Source of the DNA: Peribolospora baueri
Taxonomy: Eukaryota
Reading direction: 5' to 3'
Length of the DNA: 64,000 nt
Assembly: GCA_029717555.1 (NCBI GenBank)
Contig: JAMDHS010000026.1
Location: 1-64,000, forward strand
Below the pieces are notes generated by a model. The model was not told where the DNA came from. It did no database searches and worked only from the letters and a program-made list of their open reading frames with translations. Positions 62,401-64,000 of this stretch are shown in pieces (the stretch's first letter is position 1; every line of letters starts with the position of its first letter). The position numbers and the translations under genes are program-made.

Positions 62401-64000
62401 ACACAGAAGAGGCAGATGCCTCAAAACTCAATGAATTGCAGTCTCTGCGCGAACAAGCCGTTCACACCTCTGCCCGGCTCGAAGGGCTCGAAAAACGGGC
62501 AGCGTCTACTGCAGCAGAGAAGGTCGCTTTCGAGGTGCAGCTTGAGGAGGCAAGGATCAAGCTGTTGGCAGCACAGGAAGCAGAGCGCAATGCCACAGAT
62601 GAACTAGCATCAGCAAAGGAGGAGGCCGCTCGTGCTGTACACAAGCTGAAGGAAGAGGTGGAAGACGCTCGTCGAGAAGCAAGAGATGCTGAAGCAGCCC
62701 GAGTCAAGATGGCGCAAGAGATCGAAGCGGCAGACAAGCTGAGGAAAGAGGTGGAGGATGCCCACGAAAAAGCGAGAAACTCTGAAGCGGCACGAGCCAA
62801 GGCGGTCCAAGAGCTTGAAAAACTGCAAGAAATGCACCAAGCGACGGTGGAGACCGTCTCTCAACTCGAAGGTGAGCTGCCAGGGCTCAAGGTGGACCTT
62901 GCACTGGCGCTTGAGCAGAGAGATTTGGCAGTGTTTGCGCTGAAAGAGAAGGAGGAGGACATGACCCAGAAGGTTGAGGAAGCGGAGATTGTAAAGCGGA
63001 AGGAGCTAAATGAGCTCAAGGAGAGATTTGAGGAGGAGAGGGCCAGCTTGAAGGCCGAAGTTGCCGAGAAGGAAACACAATGTGAGCTCTCAGGACATCA
63101 GGGATTGATTCATAATTGACTTATCCCTATGTCGCATCTGTTTTGCTCCTTCAGTGAAATCCGTCCAAGAAAAGCTTGCAATGCATGAAGAGCGCCTTGT
63201 AAAGGCAGAGGAAGAGCTCAAGGAGAGGAGCACGCTGGTGGCAGAGCTGGAGGTAGAACTGGCCGGTACATCTGCATTGCGCAGGTCCCGAGAGATCGAC
63301 TTCAAGATGGCCCTAGAGGCCAAGGACTCCATGAGTGAGCTGCGTTCACTATGAAATGTGAAGTCGCTTACAGCTGACACCCGTGATGGCTGTAACAATT
63401 CAAAATCTGTGCCCTCAAGTTGAGTGCTGGGAAGAAGAGGCGAAACGTCTTCAAACGCAGGCGGCGACGCACCGGGAGGAGCTTGGAAGGATGCAGTCGG
63501 AGCTCGTGGAGGTGAAGGCGAGGTCAGAGGCTCTGCAAGAGAAGGTTTATGAGAAGGAGAAAGAAGCGGTCAAGGCAAAAGAGGACTTGAGGCTGACGGA
63601 TGGGAGGCTAGCAGAAATCATGTTGAGATTCGGAGAGGTGTGAGTGAATGACCGCTTCTTTACGCTCTTTGCCCCGCCGCCGCTCTTCTTGACATTATTG
63701 ACTTGGGATGCTTGCCTAAACTACAGAGAGGCTGATCATGCCAAGGTGGTCGAGTCCAACAATGTGCTCACTACCGAGCTCGAGTCCATTCGGCTTGCGC
63801 ATGCCACATCCCTCACGGAGATGCAGGAGCTGCATGCTGAGGCGGTGCAGATCCTCCGAGCAGAAATAAAGGCGCTGAAGGGAAGCTTGGAGGTAGCACA
63901 GAGAGAATTGGAGGAGGAGAGGCAGGGGTGGGGGCAGGAGAGAGAGCGACGAAAGGAAGCAGAAGAAGGCAGGCAGAAAGCTAGAGATGAGGTGGAAAGG
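59460..64000 (+). CDS. Large protein with putative winged-helix (H15-like) N-terminus, K/R-rich linker and long coiled coil; 3'-truncated by the window
   Basis: Exons 59460-59508, 59607-59687, 59779-59840, 59943-60749, 60831-60917, 60986 to about 62339 and four more, all joining in frame. E/K/A/L/R-rich heptad-like sequence from about 61590 to the window end. Start codon is tentative. Confidence 0.75.

Noticed and set aside
1..64000. Transposons, tRNA/rRNA genes, secondary-metabolite cluster
   Set aside because: No transposase, RT, integrase, LTR/TIR, PKS/NRPS or recognisable structural RNA seen. Small intronic snoRNAs cannot be excluded without a covariance-model search.

Overview
Eukaryotic, GC-rich, intron-rich fungal genomic DNA. 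It is most consistent with a basidiomycete (possibly Ustilaginomycotina; inferred from protein style and splice signals, not verified). Most six-frame ORFs are exon fragments or antisense artefacts. Joining exons by hand at GT/GC-AG junctions gives 18 protein-coding genes and one likely pseudogene: a ModF/YDR061W-like soluble ABC ATPase, Hsp20, a Zn2Cys6 factor, gamma-tubulin complex GCP5, PRM1, an RNPS1-like RS-RRM protein, a small secreted repeat-peptide precursor, VTS1, bystin/ENP1, GPI8, an HCNGP/SAP30BP-like protein, FAB1, a GEN1/Yen1-like nuclease, an AIF/AMID-like oxidoreductase, an RNF216-like RBR ligase, a C2H2 protein, an Ariadne RBR ligase, and a long coiled-coil protein that runs off the right end. 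I found no transposon, RNA gene or CRISPR array. Most notable: (1) a Kex2-type repeat-peptide precursor; (2) a putative H1-like winged-helix + basic tail + long coiled-coil protein; (3) two tandem microexons of 6 and 5 nt in Hsp20; (4) four GC-AG introns among about 80 reconstructed introns; (5) an in-frame TGA separating GEN1 from a SIM-like tail. Family assignments come from recognised motifs; no database search was run.
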